In this document: piece by piece, positions 12,963 through 26,010 of the stretch | How the letters are laid out: each line of letters begins with the position of its first letter | Position numbering within the stretch: the first letter of the stretch is position 1 | Assembly (NCBI RefSeq): GCF_006345805.1 | Contig: NC_043011.1 | Location: 16,628,464-16,692,463, forward strand | DNA length: 64,000 nt | Origin: Octopus sinensis | Lineage: Eukaryota | Direction: 5' to 3' | Position numbers and translations under genes: made by a program | Notes under the pieces: generated by a model | The model's database searches: none | The model's input: the letters and a program-made list of their open reading frames with translations, nothing else | What the model was told of the DNA's origin: nothing

Positions 12963-14147
12963 AGAATATAATTTTAGGTAGCATTTCTCTAAACAGTTAT
13001 ATGGTTGAATTTAAAGTATAGACAGAGGCATTGTATTGTTGAAAACATATTTTTTCTGTTTTAATTATAACAGACTGGGAAGAAATTCTCGCTCTAAATC
13101 ATATAAAGTATCTCATTGAACTGAATGTCTACGCACACCTTGTAAGCTCCACAACAACTACAGATCAACATTAATCTCTTACAGCGATTCAACTTCCGCC
13201 AAGCTTCAAAATTGTCGCAACATACTCAATAAGACTAAAATATTCTAAAGTCAATGTGAAGCACAGTTGTCATATATCGTCAAAAAGTGAAATGTATTTT
13301 TAATGCTGCAACAGTTTTCATCAGACAGAGAGACAAAAACAATCGTTTCTCAACATGCATGCAATAGTCTTTTTACAAACATAAATTGGCTGCTTGTGCT
13401 ACGTCGCCATGCCATCCATGTATTGCACAATTTCCAGAAAAGGGTGTATAATTTTTGGCAGTAGTTTTTTTTACCAAGTAGTTCGGTACGTTAAAATAAC
13501 CTTTTTAGTTAAAATCATACAAATATTCTATAATCACAAACATAATTATAATCAGGGGCCAGCTAATTGCTTCGTCACGCACCGAATTTACAAATAGGAG
13601 CTAAAATGCCTTTTCTACTACTATAAAGATCTCCCAGGCAGTAACACACTTTTTCATGTAGGCAAAAAGAAAAAATATCGAATTTACACAACTCATATAT
13701 ATGTACAAATAACACGGAAAAATTAAATAGTTACCAGGGTAGCAAAAATTCACATAAGGGTGTTAGTAGCTCCAGAGTTTAGTAAAATGTTTTTGAATAA
13801 CAGATATCTCCCTATATTTCTTCACTTTTAATTTTCTGTTAATATCTTTCTTTCTCCACCTTCTCTTTCTCTAACTTGCCTTTGACGTTAAATCTATCAA
13901 CGGTTTTTTCTTTCTTTTTACAATAACTTGCCAGCGTTCCCTTCATCATATACGCGGTAATCACATTCGGTTAAAATGGCTTATTGTGTATTGTGAAAAT
14001 AAATTGAAAATTATGATGTAAGTAGAAATTAAATTTGGAATTAACAAATATTAATCAACAATATCTCGCATTCTATACTGTTTTACTATTTCAAACTCTT
14101 TTATTCTGTCATACTCTAAAATGCATTACTTTTCCATCAGTTATACT

Positions 14148-14327
14148 GGTTTCAAATTTTGGCACGAATCAGCAATTTTAGGGGCGGGGCTTAGTCGATT
14201 AAATCGACCCTAGTGTTCAATTGGACAATTTTTAACGACCCGAACGGATGAAGTGCAAAGTCGACATGGGCAGAATTTGAACACAGAACATAAATATTTA
14301 GCAGGCGCGCTAACGATTCTGCCAGCC
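14148..14327 (-). mobile_element. Degenerate family A SINE (alternative tail)
   Basis: gaatttgaac B-box complement and gctaacgattctgccagc head. Confidence 0.75.
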
Positions 14328-14609
14328 CATCATCATCTTCCATTATTTATATTGAAATATATTCATGTCTTACATTATAATCTCCATTGAAACTTAATGT
14401 GTGTTGTTATGTTTCATACAATTATTTCCTCAAGTAAAACAATTTTCGGTCTTCTGTAATGCCTGGACTAATTACTCTACTACAATTTACATATGTTTGT
14501 AAATAATATATATTGCGATTAGTGTAACGATTTATTTCTTTTTCTAATTTCGTTATAGTACTCGATCTTTTCTACAGCATATAACTGTAGTATGATCATA
14601 ATTATACAT

Positions 14610-14634
14610 GTATACACACACACACACACATATA

Positions 14635-14680
<46 letters not shown>

Positions 14681-14700
14681 TATGTATATATATATACATG

Positions 14701-14744
<44 letters not shown>

Positions 14745-14960
14745 TCTATATATGTGTGTATATGTATTATGTGTATATTTATATATACATATATATGTGT
14801 GAATAATATATAGATATCTATATATGTATGTATATCTATCTGTCTATCTATATATATACATATATATGCACACATATATATTTAGAAAGAGAGAGAGAGA
14901 GAAAGAAAGAAAGAAAGAAAGACAGGAAGAAAAGAAGGAAGGAAGGAAGAGAGAGAGAGA
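14610..14960. repeat. (TA)n / (GA)n / (GAAA)n microsatellite block
   Basis: Direct observation. Confidence 0.9.
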
Positions 14961-15181
14961 GATAGATGAAAATAATTTTCAGAAAACATCTCCAAAGCAG
15001 CTAGCTGGAAATAATGAAAATAAAAGAGAGTGGGAACATGATTAATAGAAAAGGAACATATTTCAATTCTTTTTCTGAGACTACTAGGATTTTTTGTTAT
15101 TTTATTTTCATTTTAAAAAGCATTTATTAATAGACGATAGAGAGTTAGCGAATATCCATTCAACTCAGATCTAGAAAAATA

Positions 15182-16394
15182 TTGGGTTGGTAACTAAGTT
15201 TCCACCGTTATTTTTAAATTCTGGAATGTATTTTTTTTTTTTGAGAATTTTAATTCTGAATCATTTTTGAATATATTTTTTTCTAGTTAATTTTAGTTAA
15301 TTTTTGTTTATTTTCAGATCATTAAAATGAAATGTCAGGTTAAGAAAGCCGAGAATTTTCGACACCTCCTTTTGTTTTAGCTTCTAATCACGGTTCTAAG
15401 GCCGCAAAAACTGCTCGTAACATTTGTGCTGTGTATGGAGAGGGTGCCATAGCTGAAAGAACTGCTTGTGATTGGTATGCCAAGTTCAAAAATGGAAATT
15501 TTGACCTCAAAGACGCAACTCGTTCAGACCTCGTTGAGTTCAATGAAGAGCGATTAAACAAAATTTTGCACGAAAATTCTTATCAAACGACAGAGAAAAC
15601 GGAATGCTTCAACACTGCTATAGAGAAGCATCTTCACTTGATAGGAAAGATTCAGAAGTATGGAGCATGTGTTCCGCACGCTTTAAGTGACACCAACAAA
15701 AATCAACGAGCCACAATCTCTGCTGGTGTGCTTGCCCGTCACCGCTCAACTCATGGTCACAAGTAACGATTTCTTTACTGAATCGTTACTGGCGACGAAA
15801 GATGGTGCCTGTACATCAATATGAAGCAGCGTAAGGAATGGCTTAGCCCTGGTAAACAAGCGAAACCACACATGAAACAAGGTCTTCATCCGCGTAAAAC
15901 GATGTTGTGCGTATGGTGGGACTCGGAAGGGATTATCCATTATGAATTGCTTGAACGGAACCAAACGGTCAACGCAGAACTCTATGTTCAACAGATGGAA
16001 CGACTCAACACGGTTATTCAAGAGAAAAGACCTAATCGTCAGCTTGAAGCTCTTCTGCTGCATGACAACGCCCTCCCTCATATCGCCAATATGACCAAGA
16101 AAGTCATTCAAACGCATGGCTAGGAAGTGCTGCCACACCTCTTTCGATCTCTTTCAAATGATATGCGCAGAGTTTCGTTCTGATGTAGAATTGAGGGATT
16201 GGTTGGATCAATTTTCGAGTCGAAATCGGGTGATTTCTACCAACGCAGTATTGGAAATCTTATTGAACCTTGGGAAGAAGTTGTAAACACTCAAGGGTGA
16301 ATACATTATTGATTAATTAGTTGTTATTCTTTATTAAAACTTTTTAGAAATTCAAATTAAAAAAAAAACGGCGGTAACTTAGTTACCAAATTAA
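15182..16394 (+). mobile_element. Full-length inactive mariner (mellifera-like TIR)
   Basis: 28-bp TIRs ttgggttggtaactaag... with TA TSDs. The transposase from ATG 15327 shows VPHAL, VTGDERW, WWD and LLHDNA motifs. It has frameshifts, stops at 15764 and 16121, and has lost the YSPDLAP segment. Confidence 0.92.
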
Positions 16395-17066
16395 TATATA
16401 AATATTTTGTGAAAATGAATCTTGAGAAGTGCTGCTATGGCTTGAGTTTGTTCCCTAGATGATATGTAAAGAAATATGTATTGTTGTTGATATAAGAGAA
16501 GTGATGTGAGAGAGTAAATATTTATTTTGTTAGTTGACAAATAAAGAATAAAGAATATTTATTTTGTATATTTTCATTTGTCTTACCCGCTTATGTTCTG
16601 GTGTTTGCTGAATTTTTCTAGAGAACATTCTTTTCCTTTGTGGTTAGATCGTAGGTGATCTATTTCTAGCATATTGGATGTCCGTTTAATGGTCATCCCT
16701 TCTTATACTCATGTAATACAATTTTTCTGAATTTTTCAGATTTTTCTATATGCTAGGCCACTGTTTTTAAATTAATGTTAATAAATCAATATTCAATTTA
16801 CCACCTTCATTATTTAAATATATACATATATTTTCTTACACAAGAATATTGTTGATGTGATTTCGAAGATTCGGTTAGCTAAGCTATCGTCGTGTTAGCT
16901 GGCCGTAACATTGAGTCACTGTCAAAGCATTTTTCCACAAGAATAATAAATTTGCACTCTACAAATCTATAGAGTAATCCATCAGATTAATGTAAAATGT
17001 TCTTTATTATAACTAAACATAAAAACAAGCCTTTGTACATATATATATATAGACGTACATACAGGC

Positions 17067-17095
<29 letters not shown>

Positions 17096-17097
<2 letters not shown>

Positions 17098-17324
17098 GAG
17101 GCGCGTGGCTTAGTGGTTAGGGTGTCAGTATCATGATCGTAAGATCGTTGTTGCGATTCCAGGACCGGGTGACGCGTTGTGTTCTTGAGCAAAACACTTC
17201 ATTTCACGTTGCGCCAGTCCACACAGCTGGCAAAAATGAGTAATGCTGCGGTGAACTAGGGACCACATACGCCATAGAAACCGGGCCAATGAGCCTGGCT
17301 ACTCTTTAAAAGGGCGTATTTATT

Positions 17325-17325
<1 letters not shown>
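17096..17325 (+). mobile_element. tRNA-derived SINE, family D
   Basis: ggaggcgcgtggcttagtggttagg head, gttcttgagcaaaacactt body and gaaaccgggcc.atgagcc tail. Confidence 0.85.
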
Positions 17326-17358
<33 letters not shown>

Positions 17359-17506
17359 AGAGAGAGAGAGAGAGAAAATAGTAAAAAGGGAAAAAACTAT
17401 AGAAGGCTTGTTTTAAAAGGTTAAAAAATATATATTTGAGTCAATATGTCTGAAGAATGTTATCACTTTTTTTCTTACAATGACATAATTTAGAAGAAAT
17501 GACCGG

Positions 17507-18304
17507 TTTAGACTGCAAGAACTCAAAAACACCCTAATTGACAGACATTACCCAGCTCAACTCATAGAGGATGCGATCAGACGTGCAACAGAAATCAACA
17601 TAGAAACTTTAAGAAAAGTTCAACACAACAACACACCTTCCCCGAAAATACTACCTTACATATCCACATACAACCCCAGAAACAAAGAAGCCTTCACCAT
17701 CATCACCCAGAATTTACCAATACTTCATAAGGACCCCAAATTAAAGAAAATTCTAAACATGCACCAAATCATTAAAAGCTACAAACAACCTAAATCACTT
17801 AAAAAGATTCTCACAAAGGCAAAATTGTTTTCTGAAATTACGGATGCAAAAGTAAAAAAATGTGGTAGACCGAACTGTGCAACATGTCCAAACCTGCTAG
17901 AAGGATCAGAATTCCTCTTCAAAGAGGGACAGAAATTCAAGATCAAATCTAATTTTACTTGTGCCTCTGAAAACATAATTTATGTCATAAAATGCTCGGG
18001 CTGCCACCAAGACTACGTGGGATCCACGGGACTATCACTCAGACGTAGATGCACACTGCATCGACAACAGATTGCATTCCCAGAATACAGAATGATACCC
18101 TTTAGTGAGCACATTGAGAAATGCGCAAAGCAACTACTACCACAATTTTTAATCTTTCCATTTTACCAATGTGCTATCGGAACACCAACACAAATTAGAC
18201 TAAACAAGGAAACATTCTTCATTGAAAAGTACAAGCCCAGACTTAACCATTCCAACATACTTATACAGAGAAATTCACTCCAAAGGAAAGACAAAATATT
18301 TTAA
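17507..18304 (+). CDS. PLE GIY-YIG endonuclease domain (stop-free 266-codon frame; first ATG at 17759)
   Basis: CGRPNCATC (CX4CX2C, as in Neptune-type PLE linkers), NIIYVIKC..C.QDYVGST, LRRR..LH, E..FIEKY.PRLN. Confidence 0.8.
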   Translation, partial: FRLQELKNTLIDRHYPAQLIEDAIRRATEINIETLRKVQHNNTPSPKILPYISTYNPRNKEAFTIITQNLPILHKDPKLKKILNMHQIIKSYKQPKSLKKILTKAKLFSEITDAKVKKCGRPNCATCPNLLEGSEFLFKEGQKFKIKSNFTCASENIIYVIKCSGCHQDYVGSTGLSLRRRCTLHRQQIAFPEYRMIPFSEHIEKCAKQLLPQFLIFPFYQCAIGTPTQIRLNKETFFIEKYKPRLNHSNILIQRNSLQRKDKIF

Positions 18305-18386
18305 GCGATTATCTCCCTTACACCGGAAGAAATCACTTATTACTTCCCCTTATTTGGAACTCTTCTCAACATAAACATAACGATGC

Positions 18387-18426
18387 AAGAAATTTGAAAA
18401 GCTGAACGCGAAACCGGTCATTTCTT
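18387..18426 (+). ncRNA. Decayed minimal hammerhead ribozyme
   Basis: aagaaat-TTGAAAA-gc(tgaac)gc-GAAA-ccg-GTC-atttctt gives a 7-bp stem I, stem II, palindromic ACCGGT stem III and a GUC site. The core differs from CUGANGA at two positions. Confidence 0.65.
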
Positions 18427-18586
18427 CTAAACTACGTCATTGTAAGAAAAAAATTGATAACATTCTTCAGACATATTGACTCAAATATATATTTTTTAAC
18501 CTTTTAAAACAAGCCTTCTGTAGTTTTTTCCCTTTTTACTATTTTCTATATATTCAAGCACGTTCTTTCACAAACCAACTTTCTCA

Positions 18587-18629
<43 letters not shown>

Positions 18630-19439
18630 ATGTGTGTGTGTGTGTGTATGTGTGTGTGTGGTGTGTGTGTGTGTGTGTGTGTATGTGTTTATGTATGTAT
18701 GTATGTATATTTAGATCCAGCTTTATCAAGCATACCGTATATATTATAGATATGTTTGTATTATGAGCTCTGTCGAAGAGAGTGAAATAATTGTACACGT
18801 TTCTAAATATATAGGTTTCTCCCTCCGGGAAGACAATGTTGAGAAATACATGCAGATCATTTTGTACCATATTGTGTCCAATTGCATATGCATATTTTTG
18901 TCTGGTGTATGCTCGCTGTCTTTTATATGTTTGTGTACGTTTTTTTCTTTATATGTAAATGTTTCTATGCGTAAGGACGTTTGTGCATGCATGACTGTGT
19001 TATGGGACTGGAGGAGGTGGACAAACGGCCAATAAAAATTCGATTTAGGTTGCCGAAAATAATACGGAATGAAGAAAGCGAAATTAATAAAATGACAAAA
19101 ATGTTCCGCTCCAATCATCGTTGGTGAAGCAACGAAAAGATGGGAGAAAAACGTAAATATAATCTGGCAACTGACCAAGCAGCAAGAATATGAAACATCG
19201 TTAGAGACAGAAAGGCAATTACGATCGAACAGCGAATCTAATGGCAAGGACGAGTAATTGCGTTTAGATGAGATGTGATCGATGTTTCAAAGATAAGATT
19301 TAATTGGAGAATTCCTCGATCAGTTTCCTGTGGAATAGACAGAATCTAAGTAGACTTTTAAAAACTATGACTCAGAATAATCGCTTTGCTATCTTTAATC
19401 AGCTCATATAGTTTTTGCTGATAGTGGTATTACAAATTT

Positions 19440-20010
19440 GGCTGTTGTTGTTGTTGCTGTTGATGGTGGTGGTGGTGGAGATGCTGGTAGTAATAGCTGT
19501 GATTGCTGCTGTTCTTGTTGTTGTTAATGTTGCTGACATTATTATAATGGTTGCTGTTGTTGTTGTTATTGTCGGTGGTAGTTGCTAGACTCGTTGTTGT
19601 CATTGTTGTTGCTTTGACCTGTCTTTATGTTTCGTGTGGTTGTTATTGCTTCTGCACATAACAGAGCTAGTAATGCTATTTGGATTGTTCTAGTTTATGC
19701 CGATCCACTGTCATTGATATTACCGCTGTATTCGTTGTTGTTGTTGTTGTTGTTTGTGTTCCTATTTTAGGTATTATTGTTGTTGATGCTGTTGTTTGGA
19801 TTCGTATTAGCGTCACTATTGTTAGCGAAATAATTCTTTATCATCGTTTCTTTATTATGGCGTTGGCGTTGGCGTTGGCGGATGTATGGTGATAGTGGTA
19901 TAGGTGGTGGTAATGGGGGTGATATATTGGTGGTTGTATTGGTGATGGTGGTAGCATTTGTGGTGGTCGTGGCGGCGGTTTTGGTGGAGGCAGTTGTCGT
20001 CGTGGCTGTC
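19440..20010. repeat. (GTT)n/(GGT)n low-complexity tract
   Basis: Degenerate trinucleotide repeats. Confidence 0.85.
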
Positions 20011-20279
20011 CTGGTTTATTGTACAGTAGCAAGACTGTCGATCTTAATTTAGATAACATGTATCACCTCGATCAACCTCTCCTGTTCCGAAACCTGTTTA
20101 TTTATTGCACCACAAAGAAGGCAGCATTTCATTAAGTCTGCTAATCATACTCGCTCTGATTAAATGGATGATTATAAATATGATCCAGCAGCATACGTGT
20201 ATACATATTTGGACTGCATATTTATGTAAAATCGTATATAATATTGATTATATATACATGTACAATGTGTGTGTTTGTG

Positions 20280-20301
20280 TGTGTATGTGCATGCGTTCAT
20301 G

Positions 20302-20338
<37 letters not shown>

Positions 20339-20351
20339 ACACACACACACA

Positions 20352-20407
<56 letters not shown>

Positions 20408-20526
20408 ATACACACACACCCATGCATATATGTATCCTGTAGCTACGCGACTGTGTATGCATATACATAAAAATTATGTATATATGCGAGTCCGCATGTA
20501 TGCATGTATGGTTATATATATATATA

Positions 20527-20560
<34 letters not shown>

Positions 20561-20655
20561 CATACATACATACGTACATACATACATACATACATATATA
20601 TATATATATATTATATATATATATATATAGATATATATATATAGATATATATAGA
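20280..20655. repeat. Compound (CA)n/(TA)n/(TG)n/(TACA)n microsatellite
   Basis: Direct observation. Confidence 0.92.
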
Positions 20656-21630
20656 GAGCAAGGCAAAGAGGTCCAGAGAAAATTAGAGTTTTGCAGATGC
20701 AAGCAATTAGCAAAAGTAAGCTAATTGTACGTAATCAGATTGAGCTGCCAATTCTTGGATTGCAATTGAGAAATAATTGGACCACAAATTAACTAAGAAA
20801 TAGGTAGATTCCATCTCATAGTATGTTGTTTTCTTTATCTTGATTTGATATTGATTTCTTTTGGCTAATCACCAAGGTCCAGCATTTTAACAGGTAGATG
20901 AAGAGCAGTTGTTGATTTTGTATCTATTTCGAAACTATTAGTAGTTTAAAGGAAGCGAAACAGTGTTAAATGCTTTTTGAAAGCTTTCTGCTATTGTTTT
21001 AATTTTGAACAGGTTGCCACTTGCTCTCTGACGCAGACTTATTTCATTTGTGATTGATACTTTGGAAGTGGATGCATGGCTTATTCATGTTAGGATTGTT
21101 AAGCCCTACCTCAGGTGCGGTTATGGTAACGCGGTCAGTAATCGAAAGATTCCAGTAAAGGTCATTCAGTTTTGTTTTGTTTTTATTCAATTTCAAATCT
21201 ACAATTACATTGAATAGTTTATCTTTATTTTAAAACATATGGTGTGAGTTAGTGTAACTTGGTGATTATTTCTAGGAGATCGGGTAACTACTCAAAAGTA
21301 TCTTCTTTGAAATACAAATTTGATATGGAGGGGGTTTCGTAAACAGCGAGAATACGGCAAAATGTTTTGCTTTTTTTTCCTAACAATCTCGCGATCCAAC
21401 CACTCGACAACCATAATTACTCGATGCCAAATAATGCTAATTTTATTCTCTCACAATCCGGTTTTTGGATGTACTGTAGAAGACGAAAGAATATCTGATG
21501 TCTGGTTACATGTTCGCTGTTTTAAATCAACTAATCGTTGACTTTATACGATACAAGGTCATACAATCACGGAAACGGTTATAATTGAGTGAGCCGATCT
21601 CAGCATTTTGCTGGTTTCTATTATAATAAC

Positions 21631-21750
21631 CTCTGGAATGATGACAAGCAAATTTCAAAAATAAACGAACGGAACAACTTATTAGTAACTGACACAATAC
21701 GATAAATCCGACGACATTCGCCGTCCTGATTTCTTCCATGATGTTGATCT
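21631..21750 (-). CDS. Candidate exon with a hydrophobic (signal/TM-like) segment
   Basis: Strong acceptor tttactttctcttactactggcag, donor GAG|gttatt, 120 bp, phase 1-1. Encodes INIMEEIRTANVVGFIVLCQLLISCSVRLFLKFACHHSR. Confidence 0.3.
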
Positions 21751-23462
21751 CTGCCAGTAGTAAGAGAAAGTAAACTAATTATTTGATTGATTCTGTCAAA
21801 ATCACATGTAAATGTGTTTCTGTTTAACCTATTAATAGCAAAATTAAGTTTCTTTCTTTACAGAGATGTATTTGCATAGCAAGTGACCTGATCTGAGATC
21901 GTGTGCTGGGACGAAAACAATTGCAGCGTGGAAGGTCTTTATAAGCCACTTAAGAAACACACAAAATCCGTTAGATTCACTTCAACATTTACATTTAATT
22001 TGCCAAAATATTTTCGTCGCTTTGAGTCCGCAACCTGTTCACTGACAAAATTCCGTGCTGCATTTTTTTTTTTTTTTGTTATTTCAGTAATGATGTTAAA
22101 TATCTATCAGAAATGGTATTTTGTGAACTTTACATGTCTATACATAAAATAATTTCAGACACGAACTTTCATCAACAAAAATAGATTCGTTTATAAATCT
22201 GCTTTCCGCAGTTAAGTGTAAGGAACTTTTTATGAGGATATACTTGTAGTAAAAAAGTCAAAATTTAAAAGAGCTGAAACTAAATTTTCAGTCAGAAATA
22301 TTGCAGTTTGTTAAACTTCACATTTCAAAATAAAGTTCCACATATTGTCACACAATCTAAATCCAATACACTATAAATCTTTATCATTAATGGATCATTT
22401 TTTTTTCCCTGGGTTGAATATAGCTCTCGAATTTATTTTGCCACGATTCAACTTAAAGAAATTTATAGTTTTATTCCAAAATGAGATAGGAAATACTATA
22501 GAAAATAGCGTCATAGGTTTTTACATCAAATACGCTAAAATGTGATATAAACAGACTGTATGCGGGGGGTGGGGTGATTTTAGGCTTTTGAAATATTTTA
22601 TTATCAATTATTCTCTCGAAATAGTTTCCAACAAACAGTAGCATAGACTATTATATGTTTTCCAAACAACACAACTATGACCCAATTCTCCAGAGTCGTG
22701 CTTTATCAAGGGTACACTTTTTTTTTATGAAATTTAAGTCTATTTAGAATTAAGAACGTGTTTCATTTAATACAGTTATGCACAGAAAATTTACTAAATT
22801 TTGCCATGTTTCATTCACAAAATTTGCTATGCTTTTGAAAACTTGAAACAATATTTAAATGGAAAAATAATATTTATTTTTATCTATTATACGTCTTTTA
22901 GATATTTATCAAATAAAATGAAATTGATGCATCAGCGAAGTTGAAATAATATCAAAACCAAATAAAATTTTATCTAAAGCTATTTACCAAAAGGTTAGAT
23001 AAAGGATTAAAATCATAAAACCTGGAGCATATATTTTTCAGAGTTTCTTAAAAAGCAGAGCATTAAAATATTGCTTTTTTAGAATATAAACTCCAAACGA
23101 TGCAAATATTATGTTCATAAAATCATGCCGAATCTCTGCAATTAAATAATCAGATAGTTATTTACACTATATATGTGGCACATTAAATATATGTGAAAGG
23201 GTATGTATGCAGGGAAACACGTACAATGTTTTGCACGTAATCCTCCACGCGTATATGTGGTGCATTCAAAAAGTATCGGACTTGATTTTCTCCGCGAAAA
23301 CTAATGCTGCATAGGCAAAATCTTTTAGGTGGGAGGTGACGCTGCCCTTCTTATATTTGCATGAAAATATTCGCGCCAGGTGGCCGCGTCTGTTCTCGGT
23401 TGTTACCCTTAAACTACAGGCGCATAAGCAAATGATTTTACCCATGTGGCATTAATTTTAGC

Positions 23463-23573
23463 GGATGACAAGCAGAGTCGACCTCGGCGGAATTTGAACT
23501 CAGAACGGGGCGACGACTTAAATAACGCTGAGCATTTCGTCCGGCGTGCTAACGATTCTGCCAGCTCGCCACC
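23463..23573 (-). mobile_element. Family A SINE, 5' half
   Basis: gtcgacctcggcggaatttgaactcagaac...gctaacgattctgccagctcgcc. Confidence 0.85.
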
Positions 23574-23574
23574 T

Positions 23575-23738
23575 TGTGTGTGTTTGTGTGTGTGTGTGTG
23601 TGTATGTGTGTGTGTGTGTGTGTGTGCGTGCGTGCGTGAGTGTGTACATATACATAAGGTGATGCTCAAATGAAACAAATAAATGAATAAAATAATAAAG
23701 GAATATATATGTATATGTATATATATTTATGTATATAC

Positions 23739-23775
<37 letters not shown>

Positions 23776-23975
23776 AAGTCCGTGATACATATATATGCAC
23801 ATATATACACATATATATACATATACGTATACATACATACATACATACATAATTACATACATACATACATACATGCATACATACATACATACATACATAC
23901 ATACATACATACATACATACATACATACATACAACATACATACATACAGACAGACATATATATATATATGTATAT
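23575..23975. repeat. (GT)n, (TA)n, (TACA)n microsatellites
   Basis: Direct observation. Confidence 0.9.
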
Positions 23976-24113
23976 TGAGGATGTAATATCCTCGTAACAG
24001 AATTTTTTTTTAAAATCAGGATATCAACTGGTGTTATCAAATATAGTGAGAGAAATTTCCTCAATACATATATGGATAAACTCTCCAATAATGTGTAAAG
24101 TTAATATAATATA

Positions 24114-25381
24114 TTAGGTTGTCAAGGAAGTTCTTGCGGAATCTTTAATTTTGGTTTTAAATTATCTATTTCAATTTAATTTTCGTTTAGTTACTTTGAC
24201 TGTGTATATCTTAAAGCCCGTTTTTCACTCTATCTAATCGTGTTACTCTTTTTCTTTTTGAATAATTAGGCCATTTTTCCGGAACGTTGAATACAACATG
24301 CACAAAAAGCAAATTCGCACAATTTTCTTATTACAGTTCAAGCTAGGCTAAAAAAACTGCTGAAACAGCTCGCGATATCAGCGATGCGTTTGGCCCAGGA
24401 ACCACAATGGTGATTCAAGGCATTTCGTAGCGGTGACGAGAGTCTTGAAGATGATAAGCGTGGTGGTCGGCCATCGGATGTTAACAACGATCAACTAAGA
24501 GCTTTAGTGGAAGCGAATCCACGCACAACTGTTCGAGAGCTTGCTTCTGAATTAGACGTAAAGTTTACGACAATTTCCAACCGCTTGAAAGAAACTGGAA
24601 AAACACAAATACTCGAGAAATTGGTGCCGCACGAATTGAACGACAACCATAGAAAAAAACGTCGTTTTGAAGTGTCGTCTTCCCTTCTTTTACGCAACAA
24701 GAACGACCCTTTTCTCGACCGGATTGTGACTTACGATGAAAAGTGGATCCTTTACGACAATCGGCGACGCTCAGCTCAGTGGTTAGACGCCGACGAAGCT
24801 CCACGGCACTTCCCGAAGCCAAAGTTGCACCAAAAGAATGTCATAGTGACTGTTTGCTGGTCTGCAGCCGGTCTCATCCATCACAGCTATTTGGATCCAG
24901 GTGAAACCATTACGGCAGAGAAGTACTGTCGGCAAATGGATGAAATGCATAAGAAACTCCGACAACAACAAACAGCATTGGTCAATAGAAAAGGACCAAT
25001 TCTTCTCCACGACAAGGATCGGCCGCACGTCGCACAACTGACCCTGCAGAAGTTGAACGAATTGGGCTACGAAACTCTGCCTCATCCGCCATACTCACCA
25101 GACCTCTCGCCTACCGACTACCACTTTCTCAAGCATCTCCACAACTTCCTGTGGGAGAAATGCTTCAAAAACCATTACAATGCCAAACACGCCTTCCACG
25201 ACTTAATCGCCACCAGAACACAGGATTTTTACGCTACTGGCATAAATAAACTTGTTTCGCGCTGGCAAACGTCTGTTGATTTTGATGGTGTTTATTTCAA
25301 TTAATAAAGTTTTGTTTGAGTCGAGATATGTGCATCTGAATTAAAAGGTTAAAAACCGCAAGAACTTTCTTGACAATCTCA
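24114..25381 (+). mobile_element. Full-length mariner, cecropia/Hsmar1-like, inactive
   Basis: 26-bp TIRs ttaggttgtcaaggaagttcttgcgg with TA TSDs. ORF 24507-25304 has LVPHEL, VTYDEKW, LLHD and YSPDLSPTDYH. The N-terminal part (ATG 24298) is disrupted. Confidence 0.93.
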
Positions 25382-25669
25382 TAATAAGACGTCGTGTAAG
25401 AGTTTTGGGTAAAATATTTCCTGATTTTGTGTGCTATATGTAGAGTCTGTTCTCGTTTGTTTTATTCGTATAAACATTATTCATAGTACAAACGTGCTGT
25501 TGATTCGTTTTACATATTCTTGTTGATGAAATATTTGCCTATGATGAACTTAGCTTCTACTTCCTATATTCAGGCGAATCTATGAGAATATAGCTTATTA
25601 TTTATTCATGTGTCCCGGCTCATTACAGTCTTCCTACAGAATATCAGAATGCATTTTTCTTTGCAAAAG

Positions 25670-25784
25670 GTTTCATTCATTTGACTGCGACCATGCCATA
25701 GTTTAGCTTTTAAAGAACTTTTAGTCAAATGAACGACCAGCAAATATTATAGGTTTTTAAAGATTCTATCGGTTGTCAAGCGAT

Positions 25785-25858
<74 letters not shown>

Positions 25859-26010
25859 ACACACACACACACAAACACACATGTATATGATGGGCTTCTT
25901 TTAGTTTCCGTCTACCAAATCCACTCACACGGCTTTGGTCGGGCCGGGGTTATAGCAGAAGATACTTGCCCCGTGTGCCACACCGTGAGACTGATCCCTG
26001 AAACATGCTG
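25670..26010 (-). mobile_element. Degenerate SINE family B containing a (CT)n expansion (25787-25857)
   Basis: gggcttcttttagtttccgtctaccaaatccactcac body. Confidence 0.8.

Larger units (their letters stand above)
17373..18547 (+). mobile_element. 5'-truncated Penelope-like element with 137-bp inverted terminal arms
   Basis: Arms 17373-17509 and 18411-18547 are reverse complements with 4 mismatches. The interior encodes the RT thumb/linker and a GIY-YIG endonuclease. Confidence 0.88.

Noticed and set aside
18744-19247. 167-aa minus-strand ORF
   Set aside because: It has no splice context or motif, and its composition is non-protein-like, partly from simple repeats.
19841-20059. Pro/His-rich ORF
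   Set aside because: It derives from GGT/GTT simple repeats.
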